A stretch of 64,000 nt of DNA from Eledone cirrhosa. Taxonomy: Eukaryota. Numbering within the stretch: the first letter of the stretch is position 1; each line of letters opens with the position of its first letter. A model generated the notes under the pieces. The model searched no databases, was not told where the DNA came from, and saw only the letters and a list, made by a program, of their open reading frames with translations. Below are positions 1-16,327 of this stretch, piece after piece. The stretch spans positions 1 to 64,000 of the forward strand of contig CAXHJY010000359.1 of the NCBI GenBank assembly GCA_964016885.1. The letters run 5' to 3'. A program made the position numbers and the translations under genes.

Positions 1-117
1 ATGCCGTCTTCAGAAATAATGAAATATATTTATTGATAATAACAATTCAAAATTTCAGGTCCGTTTGGGAACGGAGTTCAAATTGACCAATGAAAATACA
101 AAAAATTTTAATTTAAT

Positions 118-807
118 TTACAAATTAAGGATAATATTGCTAAAAAATTTTTTTATATCCTAGAGAAAAACTTCCCGCCAAACCAAATACCATCAAATCT
201 TAAATAGGTCTACAGTTAAATTCTCATACTCAACAACAAATAACATAAAACAAAATATAAGTGCCTATAATGCATATAAATGTAAGAAAACCATAAGTAT
301 ACCACCAATACATCAAACTAACCATAATATCTCCTCAAATACAGAATTAACGAAAGGTTGTAACTGTAGAAACAAAGCAAACTGCCCATTAAAAGGTAAT
401 TGTCTTGTTAACAACAGTCTATAAATGTAATGTTAAAACTAAAGATTCTATTTGCTCATATATAGGAGCTACTTCTAACAATTTTAAGACAAGGTTTAAT
501 ACCCACAAGCATAGTTTTAAAAATGCCGCACTGGCTAATACAACATCTCTAGCAGAAAAAATCAATAGTTATAAAAATAAGAATATAGAATGATTTGACC
601 TGGAGTGTGCTCAAAAGAGCCACCCCTTATCAAAATAATAGAAATGAATGTAGATTATGTTCCCAAGAACTATTTGAAATAATGAAATCTAAGGATATCC
701 TATTAAATAAACGACAGGAATTAATTATATCGTGTAATCATAAACTAAAAAAACATTTAAATATTATAAACCTAATTAATAACATTATTTTAGAAATTAA
801 TATATAA
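118..807 (+). mobile_element. Penelope-like retroelement (Neptune-type) 3' fragment: RT thumb/linker, Cys-rich linker and GIY-YIG endonuclease, frameshifted
   Basis: Stitched frames read IKDNIAKKFFYILEKNFPP / HQILNRSTVKFSYS / GCNCRNKANCPLKGNC / VYKC..SYIGATSNNFKTRFNTHKHSF / TWSVLKRATPY..CRLC..E...LLNKRQELIISCNH. This is the typical C-terminal GIY-YIG layout of Penelope-like elements. Broken by frameshifts and a stop at 591-593. Confidence 0.85.
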
Positions 808-1115
808 TTTAATTTAAATGTTAGTTAACCTATAAATTTAATTTAATTAAAATTCTACTACAGATGAGAATATAAAATATTGTGTAATCATAAATTGTGA
901 AAAACCTTTAAATATTACTAATATATACTTAGTAATTTAATTTATAGATTAATTTTAATTTATTTAACCCTTTATTAAATTCCTTTACAGATAAAATATA
1001 ACAAAATATCGTGTATTCAATGACAGAGAAATAATTTTTAGTATTATAGACCTAATTATGTTTGGTATGTATATTTAATCTTGATAGTTTGTATAATTTT
1101 GTATAATTTTGTACA

Positions 1116-1178
1116 TAGATCTGTTGAATATGCATGCCAATTCTAACACGTATATATCCTAGAAACGATCGTTAAATA
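1116..1178 (+). ncRNA. Degenerate type I hammerhead ribozyme remnant in the Penelope 3' repeat
   Basis: CTGTTGA (1121-1127, one change from CTGATGA), stem ATATGCATG/CACGTATAT, then GAAAC-GATC-GTT (1162-1173) with a palindromic loop. Stem I is poor, so probably inactive. Confidence 0.35.
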
Positions 1179-1239
1179 ATGAACTTTTTTTGTTTAATAT
1201 AAGGAACTGTTTCATTGTTTTATTCATTATTTTTTTAAT

Positions 1240-1370
1240 ATTTTATATATTATATATATATATATTATATATATATATTATATATATATTATATATAGAT
1301 ATTATATATATATATATATTATATATATATTATATATTATATATATATTATATATATATATTATATATAT

Positions 1371-1404
<34 letters not shown>

Positions 1405-1429
1405 ATATATATTATATATATATTATATA

Positions 1430-1480
<51 letters not shown>

Positions 1481-1546
1481 ATATATATATATTATATATT
1501 ATATATATATATATTATATATATTTATATATATTATATATATATAT

Positions 1547-1579
<33 letters not shown>

Positions 1580-2420
1580 ATATATTATATATATATATTA
1601 TATTATATTATATATATATTATATATATATATATTATATATTATATATTATATATATTATATATATATATATTATATATATTATATATATTATATATATA
1701 TATATAATTATATTATATATATATATATATTATATATATTATATATATTATATATATATAATATATTTATATATATATATATATTATATATATATATTAT
1801 ATATATTATATATATATTATATATATATATATTATATATATATATATTATATATATATATATATTATATATATATTATATATTATATATATATATATATT
1901 ATATATATATATATATTATATATATATATATTATATATATATATATATTATATATATATATATATTATATATATATATATTATATATATATATATATTAT
2001 ATATATATATATTATATATATATATATATTATATATATATATATATTATATATATATATATATATAATATATATATATATATTATATATATATATATATA
2101 ATATATATATATATATTATATATATATATATATAATATATATATATATATTATATATATATTATATATAGATATATTATATATATATATATATAATATAT
2201 ATATATTATATATATATATATTATATATATATATTATATATATATATATTATATATATATATATTATATATAGATATATTATATTATATATATTATATAT
2301 ATATATATTATATATATATATATTATATATAGATATATTATATTATATATAGATATATTATATTATATATATATATATTTATATATATATATATTTATAT
2401 ATATAATATTTATATATATT

Positions 2421-2456
<36 letters not shown>

Positions 2457-2728
2457 ATATATATATAATATATATATATAATATATATATATTATATATA
2501 TATATTATATATATATATATATTATATATATATATTATATATATATATTATATATATATATTATATATATATATTATATATATTATATATATATATTATA
2601 TATATATTATATATATATATATTATATATATATATATATTATATATATATATTATATATATATTATATATATATATATTATATATATTATATATTATATA
2701 TATTATATATATTATATATTATATATAT

Positions 2729-2762
<34 letters not shown>

Positions 2763-3330
2763 ATATTATATATATATATATATATATTATATATTATATA
2801 TTATATATATTATATATATTATATATATTATATATATATATATATTATATATATATATATTATATATATATATATTATATATTATATATATTATATATAT
2901 ATATATATTATATATATATATATTATATATATATATATTATATATTATATATATTATATATATTATATATATATATATATTATATATATTATATATATAT
3001 ATATATTATATATATATATATTATATATATATATATTATATATATATATATTATATATTATATATATTATATATATATATTATATATATATATATTATAT
3101 ATATATATATTATATATATATATATATTATATATATTATATATATATTATATATATTATATATATTATATATATATATATATTATATATATTATATATAT
3201 TATATATATTATATATATTATATTATATATATTATATATATATATATTATATATATATATTATATATATATATATTATATATATATATATTATATATATA
3301 TATATTATATATATTATATATATATATATT

Positions 3331-3364
<34 letters not shown>

Positions 3365-3406
3365 ATATTATATATATATATATTATATATATATATATTA
3401 TATATA

Positions 3407-3465
<59 letters not shown>

Positions 3466-6400
3466 ATTATATAGTATATATATTATATATATATATTATA
3501 TATATATATATTATATATTATATATATTATATATTATATATATATATATTATATATATATATATTATATATATATATATATATTATATATATATATATTA
3601 TATATTATATATATTATATATATATATTATATATATATATTATATATATATATATTATATATATATATTATATATATATATTATATATATATATTATATA
3701 TATATATTATATATATATATATTATATATATATATATTATATATATATTATATATATATATATTATATATATATATATTATATATATATATATTATATAT
3801 ATATATATTATATATATATATATTATATATATATATATTATATATATATATATTATATATATATATATTATATTAATATATATATATATTATATTATTAT
3901 ATATATATATTATATATATATATTATATTATTATATATTATATATATATATTATATTATATATTATATATATATATTATATTATTATATATTATATATAT
4001 ATATTATATTATTATATATTATATATATATATTATATTATTATATATTATATATATATATTATATTATTATATATTATATATATATATTATATTATTATA
4101 TATTATATATATATATTATATATATATATAATATATAATAATATATTATATTATTATATATTATATATATATATTATATATATATATTATATTATTATAT
4201 ATTATATTATTATATATTATATATATATATTATATATATATATATTATATATATATATTATATTATTATATATTATATATATATTATTATATATATATAT
4301 ATTATATATATATTATATTATTATATATTATATATATATATTATATTATATATTATATATATATATTATATTATATATTATATATATATATTATATTATT
4401 ATATATTATATATATATATTATATTATTATATATTATATATATATATTATATTATTATATATTATATATATATATTATATTATTATGTTATATATATATA
4501 TTATATTATATATTATATATATATTATATTATTATATATTATATATATATTATATTATTATATATTATATATATATATTATATTATTATATATTATATAT
4601 ATATATTATATTATTATATATTATATATATATATTATATTATTATATATTATATATATATATTATATATATTATATATATATATTATATTATATATTATA
4701 TATATATATTATATTATTATATATTATATATATATATTATATATATTATATATATATATTATATTATATATTATATATATATATTATATTATTATATATT
4801 ATATATATATATTATATTATATATTATATATATATATTATATTATATATTATATATATATATTATATTATTATATATTATATATATATATTATATTATAT
4901 ATTATATATATATATTATATTATTATATATTATATATATATATTATATTATTATATATTATATATATATATTATATTATTATATATTATATATATATATT
5001 ATATTATTATATATTATATATATATATTATATTATTATATATTATATATATATTATATTATATATTATATATATTTATTATATTATTATATATTATATAT
5101 ATTTATTATATTATTATATATTATATATATATATTATATTATTATATATTATATATATATATTATATTATTATATATTATATATATATATTATATTATTA
5201 TATATTATATATATATATTATATTATTATATATTATATATATATATTATATTATTATATATTATATATATATATTATATTATTATATATTATATATATAT
5301 TATATTATATATATATATTATATTATTATATATTATATATATATATTATATTATTATATATTATATATATATATTATATATATATATTATATTATTATAT
5401 ATTATATATATATATTATATTATATATTATATATATATATTATATTATATTATATATATATATTATATATATATATTATATTATATATATTATATATATA
5501 TATTATATTATTATATATTATATTATTATATATTATATATATATATTATATTATTATATATTATATATATATATTATATTATATATTTATATATATATTA
5601 TATTATATATTATATATATATATTATATTATTATATATTATATATATATATTATATTATTATATATTATATATATTATATTATTATATATTATATATATT
5701 TATTATATTATTATATATATATATATTATATTATTATATATTATATATATATTATATTATTATATATTATATATATTATATTATTATATATTATATATAT
5801 TATATTATTATATATTATATATATTATATTATTATATTATTATATATATATTATATATATATATTATATTATATATATATATATATATTATATTATTATA
5901 TATTATATTATTATATATTATATATATATATTATATTATATATTATATATATATATTATATTATATATTATATATATATATTATATTATTATATATTATA
6001 TATTATATTATTATATATTATATATATATATTATATTATTATATATTATATATATATATTATATTATTATATATTATATATATATATTATATTATATATA
6101 TATATTATATTATATATTATATATATATTATATTATTATATATATATATATTATATATTATATATATTATATATATATATATTATATATATATTATATAT
6201 ATTATATATATTTATATATATTATATATATATATATATATATTATATATATTTATATATATTTATATATATTTATATATATTTATATATATATTATATAT
6301 ATTTATATATATATTATATATATTTATATATATATTATATATATTATTTATATATATTATTTATATATATTATTTATATATATTATTTATATATATTATT

Positions 6401-9400
6401 TATATATATTATTTATATATTATTTATTATATATTATTTATATATATTATTTATATATATTATTTATATATATTATTTATATATATTATTTATATATATA
6501 TTATTTATATATATTTATATATATATTTATATATATATTATTTATATATATTTATATATATTATTTATATATATATTATTTATATATATTATTTATATAT
6601 ATTATTTATATATATATTATTTATATATATTATTTATATATATTATTTATATATATATTATTTATATATATTATTTATATATATATTATTTATATATATT
6701 ATTTTTATATATATTTGTATATATATTATTTTTATATATATTTATATATATATTTTTTATATATATTATTTATATATATATTATTTTTATATATATTATT
6801 TATATATATATTATTTATATATATTATTTATATATATTATTTATATATATATTATTTATATATATATTATTTATATATATATTATTTATATATATATTAT
6901 TTATATATATATTATTTATATATATATTATTTATATATATATTATTTATATATATATTATTTATATATATATTATTTATATTATTATTTATATATATTAT
7001 TTATATATATATTATTTATATATATATTATTTATATATATATTATTTATATATATATTATTTATATATATTTATATATATATATTTATATATATATTATT
7101 TATATATATTTATATATATTATTTTATATATATTATTATATATATATTATTTATATATATTATTTATATATATATTTATATATATTTATATATATTATTT
7201 ATATATATTATTTATATATATTATTTATATATATTATTTATATATATTATTTATATATATTATTTATATATATTATTTATATATATTATTTATATATATT
7301 ATTTTATATATATTATTTATATATATTATTTATATATATTTATATATATATTTATATATATATTTTTTATATATATTATTTATATATATATTATTTTTAT
7401 ATATATTATTTATATATATATTATTTATATATATATTTATATATATATTATTTATATATATTATTTATATATATATTATTTATATATATATTATTTATAT
7501 ATATTATTTATATATATATTATTTATATATATATTATTTATATATATATTATTTATATATATATTATTTATATATATATTATTTATATATATATTATTTA
7601 TATATATATTATTATATATATATTATTTATATATATATTATTTATATATATATTATTTATATATATATTATTTATATATATATTATTTATATATATATTA
7701 TTTATATATATATTATTTATATATATATTATTTATATATATATTATTTATATATATATTATTTATATATATATTATTTATATATATATTATTTATATATA
7801 TATTATTATATATATATTATTATATATATATTATTTATATATATATTATGTATATATATATTATGTATATATATATTATTTATATATATATTATGTTATA
7901 TATATATTATTTATATATATATTATGTATATATATATATTATGTATATATATATATTATGTTATATATATATTATGTATATATATATATTATGTATATAT
8001 ATATTATGTATATATATATATTATGTATATATATATATTATGTATATATATATATTATGTATATATATATATTATGTATATATATATATTATGTATATAT
8101 ATATATTATGTATATATATATTTATGTATATATATATATTATGTATATATATATATTATGTATATATATATTATGTATATTATATATTATGTATATATAT
8201 ATATTATGTATATATATATATTATGTATATATATATATTATGTATATATATATATTATGTATATATATATATTATGTATATATATATATTATTATATATA
8301 TTATATTATGTATATATATATATTATGTATATATATATATTATGTATATATATATATTATGTATATATATATATTATGTATATATATATATTATGTATAT
8401 ATATATATTATGTATATATATATTATGTATATATATATTATGTATATATATATATTATGTATATATATATATTATGTTATATATATATTATGTATTATAT
8501 ATATTATGTATATATATATATTATGTATATATATATATTATGTATATATATATATTATGTATATATATATATTATGTATATATATATATTGTGTATATAT
8601 ATATATTATGTATATATATATATTGTTTATATATATATTGTGTATATATATATATTGTATATATATATATTGTGTATATATATATATTGTGTATATATAT
8701 ATATTGTGTATATATATATATTGTGTATATATATATATTGTGTATATATATATATTGTGTATATATATATATTGTGTATATATATATATTGTGTATATAT
8801 ATATATTGTGTATATATATATATTGTGTATATATATATATTGTGTATATATATATATTGTGTATATATATACACAATATATATATACACAATATATATAT
8901 TACACAATATATATATATTGTGTATATATATATTGTGTATATATATATATTGTGTATATATATATATTGTGTATATATATATATTGTGTATATATATATA
9001 TTGTGTATATATATATATTGTGTATATATATATATTATGTATATATATATATTATGTATATATATATATTATGTATATATATATATTATGTATATATATA
9101 TATTATGTATATATATATATTATGTATATATATATATTATGTATATATATATATTATGTATATATATATATTATGTATATATATATATTATGTATATATA
9201 TATATTATGTATATATATATATTATGTATATATATATATTATGTATATATATATATTATGTATATATATATATTATGTATATATATATATTATGTATATA
9301 TATATATTATGTATATATATATATTATGTATATATATATATTATGTATATATATATATTATGTATATATATATATTATGTATATTATATATTATGTATAT

Positions 9401-12145
9401 ATATATATTATGTATATATATATATTATGTATATATATATATTATGTATATATATATATTATGTATATATATATATTATGTATATATATATATATGTATA
9501 TATATATATTATGTATATTATATATTATGTATATATATATTATGTATATATATATATATTATGTATATATATATATATTATGTATATATATATATTATGT
9601 ATATATATATATTATGTATATATATATATTATGTATATATATATATTATGTATATATATATATTATGTATATATATATATTATGTATATATATATATTAT
9701 GTATATATATATATTATGTATATATATATTATGTATATATATATTATGTATATATATATTATGTATATATATATATGTATATATATATATGTATATATAT
9801 ATGTATATATATATGTATATATATAGTTAATATATGTATATATATATGTATATATATATGTATATATATATGTATATAAATATGTATATAAATATGTATA
9901 TAAATATGTATATAAATATGTATATAAATATGTATATAAATATGTATATAAATATGTATATAAATATGTATATAAATATGTATATAATATGTATATTAAT
10001 ATGTATTAATATGTATATAATATGTATATAATATGTATATAATTATGTATATAATATGTATATAATATGTTATATAATATGTATATAATATGTATATAAT
10101 ATGTATATAATATTATATATTATATTATTATATATTATATTATTATATATTATATTATTATATATTATATATATATTATATATATATTATTATATATATA
10201 TATTATATTATATTATATATATATTATATTATATATATATTATATTATATATATTATATTATATATTATATTTATATTATATATATTATATTATATATAT
10301 ATTATATTATATATATTATATTATATATATATATATTATATTATATTATATATATATTATATTATATATATTATATATATTATTTATATTATATTATATA
10401 TATATTATATTATAATATATATTATATTATATATATATATATATTATAATTTTATATATTTATTTTATATATATATTATTATATTATATATTATTATATA
10501 TATATTATTATATTATATATTATTATATTATATATTATTATATTATATATTATTATATATTATATTATTATATATTATATTATTATATATTATATTATTA
10601 TATATTATATTATTATATATTATATTATTATATATTATATTATTATATATTATATTATTATATTATTATATATTATATTATTATATATTATATTATTATA
10701 TATTATATTATTATATATTATATTATTATATATTATATTATTATATATTATATTATTATATATATATATTATATATTATATTATTATATATTATATTATT
10801 ATATTATATATATATTATTATATATATATTATATTATATATATATTATATTATTATATATTATATATATATTATATTATTATATATTATATATATATTAT
10901 ATTATTATATATTATATATATATTATATTATTATATATTATATATATATTATATTATTATATATTATATATATATTATATTATTATATATTATATATATA
11001 TTATATTATTATATATTATATATATATTATATTATTATATATTATATATATATTATATTATTATATATTATATATATATTATAATATTATATATTATATA
11101 TATATATTATATTATATATTATATATATGATTATATTATATATTATATATATGTATTATATTATATATTATATATATGTATTATATTATATATTATATAT
11201 ATGTATTATATTATATATTATATATATGTATTATATTATATATTATATATATATATTATATATTATATATATATATTATATTATTATTATATTATTATAT
11301 ATTATATATATATATTATTATATATTATTATATATTATTATATATATATTATTATATATTATTATATATTATTATATTATTATATATTATATATATATAT
11401 TATTATATATTATTATATTATTATATATTATATATATATATTATTATATATTATTATATTATTATATATTATATATATATATTATTATATATTATTATAT
11501 TATTATATATTATATATATATATTATTATATATTATTATATTATTATATATTATATATATATATTATTATATATTATTATATTATTATATATTATATATA
11601 TATATTATTATATATTATTATATTATTATATTATATATATATATATTATTATATATTATTATATTATTATATATTATATATATATATTATTATATATTAT
11701 TATATTATTATATATTATATATATATTATTATATATTATTATATTATTATATTATATATATATATTATTATATATTATTATATTATTATATATTATATAT
11801 ATATATTATTATATATTATTATATTATTATATATTATATATATATATTATTATATATTATTATATTATTATATATTATATATATATATTATTATATATTA
11901 TTATATTATTATATATTATATATATATATTATTATATATTATTATATTATTATATATTATATATATATATTATTATATATTATTATATTATTATATATTA
12001 TATATATATATTATTATATATTATTATATTATTATATATTATATATATATATTATTATATATTATTATATTATTATATATTATATATATATATTATTATA
12101 TATTATTATATTATTATATATTATATATATATTATATTATTATAG
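1240..12145. repeat. Giant (TA)n-derived compound microsatellite array of about 11 kb with successive sub-domains
   Basis: Almost pure A/T. Units shift from (TA)nT to TATTATTTATA (about 6.2-7.8 kb), TATTATG(TA)n (about 7.85-9.8 kb), TATTGTG(TA)n (about 8.6-9.0 kb), TATATAAATATG (about 9.87-9.98 kb) and TATTATTATA (10-12.1 kb). Confidence 0.98.
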
Positions 12146-13004
12146 AGATTATATATATCGGGTTGCTGACCAATAACTTCTCAATGTAAAGGCGCTAACA
12201 TTTTCGAACAGAGGCAACTCACAAGATATTATTGATACAATTTAGATATTTTGTACTAAAAATAAAATATGATCAATTAGAGCAATGAAACGTTACTTGT
12301 GTGTGTATGTATGCACACGCACGCACGTGTGTGTCCCATTGTCATGGCTAAATTGACTGGTAGTAATTCGTTACTTTGACCTGCACCAATATATTTCATA
12401 GCTGTATGAGTTTTCTAGTATTTTTGCAAGCTTAATTCTATTCGGGTTAAAAATATCAATCTACCGAGGTTAGTTAAAAATTCAACAGAACCTCCTAGCT
12501 CCTTTACGGCTTCCCTTGCTTCACATTTATCTTATGCTTAGTTTGCCAATTTCATTAAAAAAAAAATGTATTATATTCACTTCTGTTTTGTTTTTCTCGA
12601 CTGTAAGAAGTCTTAGATACTCCTCTAGCTAGCTCTATAAGGACGTTTGAATGGATTAAATACTAGAAATTTAAAGATCTTCTTCGGCTAATTTCAAAGT
12701 GTGTACAATCCCTCAACCAACTCTTTATGATAAATGCATGCTCTCTTCTCACCAAATTTTAAATTATCTAGAAATCATTTTTCTATTTGTAGCAATCCAA
12801 GGAAATGGTTAATTTGACTGAAATCCCGCAGCACAAGTTGGCCAGATAAAAAAGAAGAAAAAAAATGGAAGCTCATGAAACGTGGAATCATAATTTTCGA
12901 AATAGAATGGAATATAGAATTGACTTGAAACACTGCTTCAAAGGGCGTCTGGACTGGAGATATGGCACATTAATTTTACCTGTATCTAGGCTAACTGCTC
13001 TGGG

Positions 13005-13745
13005 CTGACTGAAGCTGATGACTGATATCCAGCCTGAAACGTGCTCTATTTATACTTTGCCAAAGCCTACCGTACCTCACCAGAGACTTTTATTCCAATT
13101 GAAACGAGTATACGTGGCAAAGTTCTAAGTTGGATCAAGTCATTCATTTACTACCGGCAGCAGATTGTGCTTCAAGATGAAATATCTTGGAAGAATCATC
13201 AGAGAGATCCCCAAGGTTCAGTCTTGGGGGCCCATTCTGTTTTTGATACACGTAAATGACATCCCTGATCTAATATCCACAGCCAAATTGTTCGCTGACG
13301 ATATCTAGTTATATCCTCCTATTAGCAGGAATGATTGCACATTATAACAGGAAGATCTGAATTTACTCTAGGCCTGGAGTTTTTTGGCGTTTGAAGTTTA
13401 ATGCTGAGAAAAGCATTGTGGTGAAGATTAAAGAAGCATGACTACACGCATATTCTAGATTGAGTTTACCCTGAGCAAGTAAACAAATCTAAGAATGCTC
13501 GTTTCACAAGATTTATTACCAAGAAGACTACATACTAATGGAATTGTTGAGAAGGTTAACTAATCAAAGAACATGTATGATTGACAGCTGGTTTGAGATT
13601 TTTCCTCCTAAAACTATAGAAACTTTTTACCACACTCTTATTCCACCAGTACTTAACTATGGGGCTGTTATATGGACCTTACACTTATAAAAAGAATGTC
13701 GAACTACTTCAGTTAGCCCAGGACTGGTGCCTCAACCTAGCTACG
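13005..13745 (+). mobile_element. CR1-group LINE reverse transcriptase remnant
   Basis: VLYLYFAKAY (cf. VIYLDFAKAF), IRGKVLSWIKSF, PQGSVLG, HVNDIPD, KLFADD, QEDL motifs with many stops and frameshifts. Confidence 0.8.
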
Positions 13746-15676
13746 TAGGAGGCCAGTTAACCTTCACTTAGCGTTCCTTTTCATATGATTAGGATCCTAT
13801 CATTAATGCACCCATGGAACCTGATATACAACCTCATTGGAAGCCAGTTAGTCTACATAAGTATGAGCTATAAATTCCATTTAAATTTTTTTATTATTTA
13901 TTTGAAATAGCTTAGTCAAGAATTCCAAAAGTTTTACTTTTTCTCAGTTCTTGAAATTCGCAAATGTTCAAATATTTAATGCATTTTGTTTTTAAATTTG
14001 AAATCTTAAACAGATTCCAACAAATGATCTTTCACATTAATTTAGACCCCAAAATTAATGGAAAACTTTGAAATATCGTAGAAATTGTTTTTCTTTTAAT
14101 CTTTCTTTTTTTTTTTCTTAAATTTATTTTTCTCTAAAAAGACATGTTGCCAAAAGGCAACACGTCTTTCGACAAGTGTCCCTCCCCACTCAAGAGAAAT
14201 GGTATACAATGACGTTAATACATCTCAATAATATTAATGGTTTAAGTGAAGGGAACTAGCTTCAAACAAGGTTTGAAAAACATCGGTCACTTACCAGTCT
14301 TTTCCATATTTTTCGGGTAAGAATAGCCTGGACACATGACCAAATGGTTAAACTTGTTCGACAATACCTTTGCTATTTTATTCGCGGAACGCAGCTGAAA
14401 CACTGCTCAGACTGGGGTGTAGAATCGGTCTCTTTCCCGCCCATTCTTACGTTGCTATTTCCTCCTCACCTTTTCATCGTTCCCTTATTGCCATAAATAT
14501 CTTTACTTTTTTTACTTTTACTATATATTTATTGCAATAAGAACCGAGGTTCAATGTCACTGCCATGTTACCTCGAGCAAGTGCCTTTTACTATAGCCTC
14601 GGTTTGACTTATGCCCTGAGTAAAATTAGGCTGACGGAAACGAGAGCCTTATCGAGTAGACTGGACCTGTAATTCAAACTATTAATCTTGTCGTATTGAA
14701 TCTCAGAATTATCTTAAGGATACACATCTTTAGAATTTATTGCCACATTAAATTTTCGATTCAGCCCCAGGGGTTCCCAACCTTTTTCTTTGTTTGCGTC
14801 ATCACCCACTTTCACATGGAAAACTATTCCACCGCCCTCTTGTATAGTAAATACTCCAAAGTATACCAGAACTATTTCGTAAAAGTTAATGGTTCGATAT
14901 TTCCATTTCGCATCCTTTGAATATTTTTTTTCCTGATAGCATATGCTGCAATACCTTAATACTCAAAATCCTATATCGTCTACCCAAATTTCCGATTGCC
15001 CACAATTTTCTGTTCAGTTGCTCATCGTCTATTCAGCTGTTGAAATGGCTCACTGGTGGGCAATATCACCCAGGTTGGGAAACCCTGGTGTAAGCGGTTC
15101 TGTTGCTCGAATAATTGAAATATTTCGTCGAAACGACAGAGGTCCATTCAAAGAAATAACCCCTATTTCTAATGAAATTCAACTATTTCATTTTCTTTAG
15201 CAGTTTTTTTTCTTCGTCTGGTTTTGTAGAGCATTCTTTACCTAAGTTTTTTTTTAGTCTGGTTCTGTATATTTTTTACCTAAAAGTATTGTTTTAAAAC
15301 AATTGATTCGTAAATAACATTTTAGATTAACTGAGGTTTTCATGTTTTTTACTTTAAAATATTTCCACTTTCTAAATGTAATTCTTTTATCTCGAATTTT
15401 GATACGTCAACCTCGTAGACTTTCTAGAAACGAGTCTCAAACATTTCTATCTTGAATTAGTTTTTGGTCGGATGAATTCAATTTGATGTTAAATATTTTC
15501 TTTAACATAGTTTATGAAGCTGGACAGGAATGTGAAAAAAGTTCCATATTTTTGTGTAAATCATCGCCAAGATCTGACAGCGAAAATTTATTTCTGTAGT
15601 TTCTTAGTTTATTATTCGAAAACATGCTTAATATGGCGAATTAGCAGTTGCTAATCGGATTAAATGCCTTCGTTAA

Positions 15677-15915
15677 TGGAGGCGAGTGGCTTACGGTCAT
15701 AATGTCGTGGTTACGATTCCTGGACTGGGCTGTTGCGTTCTTGAGCAAAATTTCATTTCACGCTGTTCCAGTACACTCTGCTGAAAATGAGCTCCAGAAA
15801 TAGCTGGAGGATGGACTGGTGTCTTCTTTAGGTGGAAGTCTTGTGCCCCGAGCCGCTTAACGCCATGAAAATCGGGATAAGCATCAGTCTGATGAACCTC
15901 CTGGCTCGAGACACT
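15677..15915 (+). mobile_element. tRNA-derived SINE, degraded
   Basis: GGAGGCGAGTGGCTTACGG head, GGTTACGATTCC B-box-like motif, then TTCTTGAGCAAAA..TTTCACG body shared with 18886-19010. Confidence 0.55.
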
Positions 15916-16327
15916 TAAGATCTTTTTATTCCGGTTTTCTGAACTGAGTTAAAAGCTAATTGAAGTCAACTTCCTTTGTAGTCGATACATACCAGTTTAT
16001 GGGCGACGGATTGGCGAATATGTTAGTGGGACAGGCTGCTCTGTGGTATCTAAATGGATTTGTTCACTGATTTGCGAGCGGCATATAGTATTGGTAATAG
16101 AAAGACCAGTGGAAACATTGTTTAATTGGTCCGATCTAACGATCAGCTCTTTTCATTCTTTATATTTAAACTCTGAAAGTCTTGTTTCATAATTTACCTT
16201 TGTCTTTAACGATCTTTACTTTAGTGTAATATCTTGATTGTTTTCTTTAATCCGACAGAATGAATAATTTTATAAATGTTGCATTAAATATAACTGGTTT
16301 CGATTGGTATAACAATCTTATCAAATA

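Noticed and set aside
591-593. TGA inside the Penelope endonuclease as possible selenocysteine
   Set aside because: Homology resumes in a different frame after the TGA, so it is a frameshift lesion, and it is not at a Cys position.
1190-12189. Very long ORFs (up to 1781 aa) rich in Y/I/L
   Set aside because: Translations of (TA)n-derived microsatellite that lacks stop codons on this strand; overlapping in several frames.
13010-13050. CTGATGA...GAAAC resembling a hammerhead
   Set aside because: No stem III/NUH or stem I pairing; it lies in the coding remnant of the CR1-like RT just before the YLDFAKAF-like motif.
15885-15915. CTGATGA in a SINE tail
   Set aside because: No downstream GAAA core element and no stem III.
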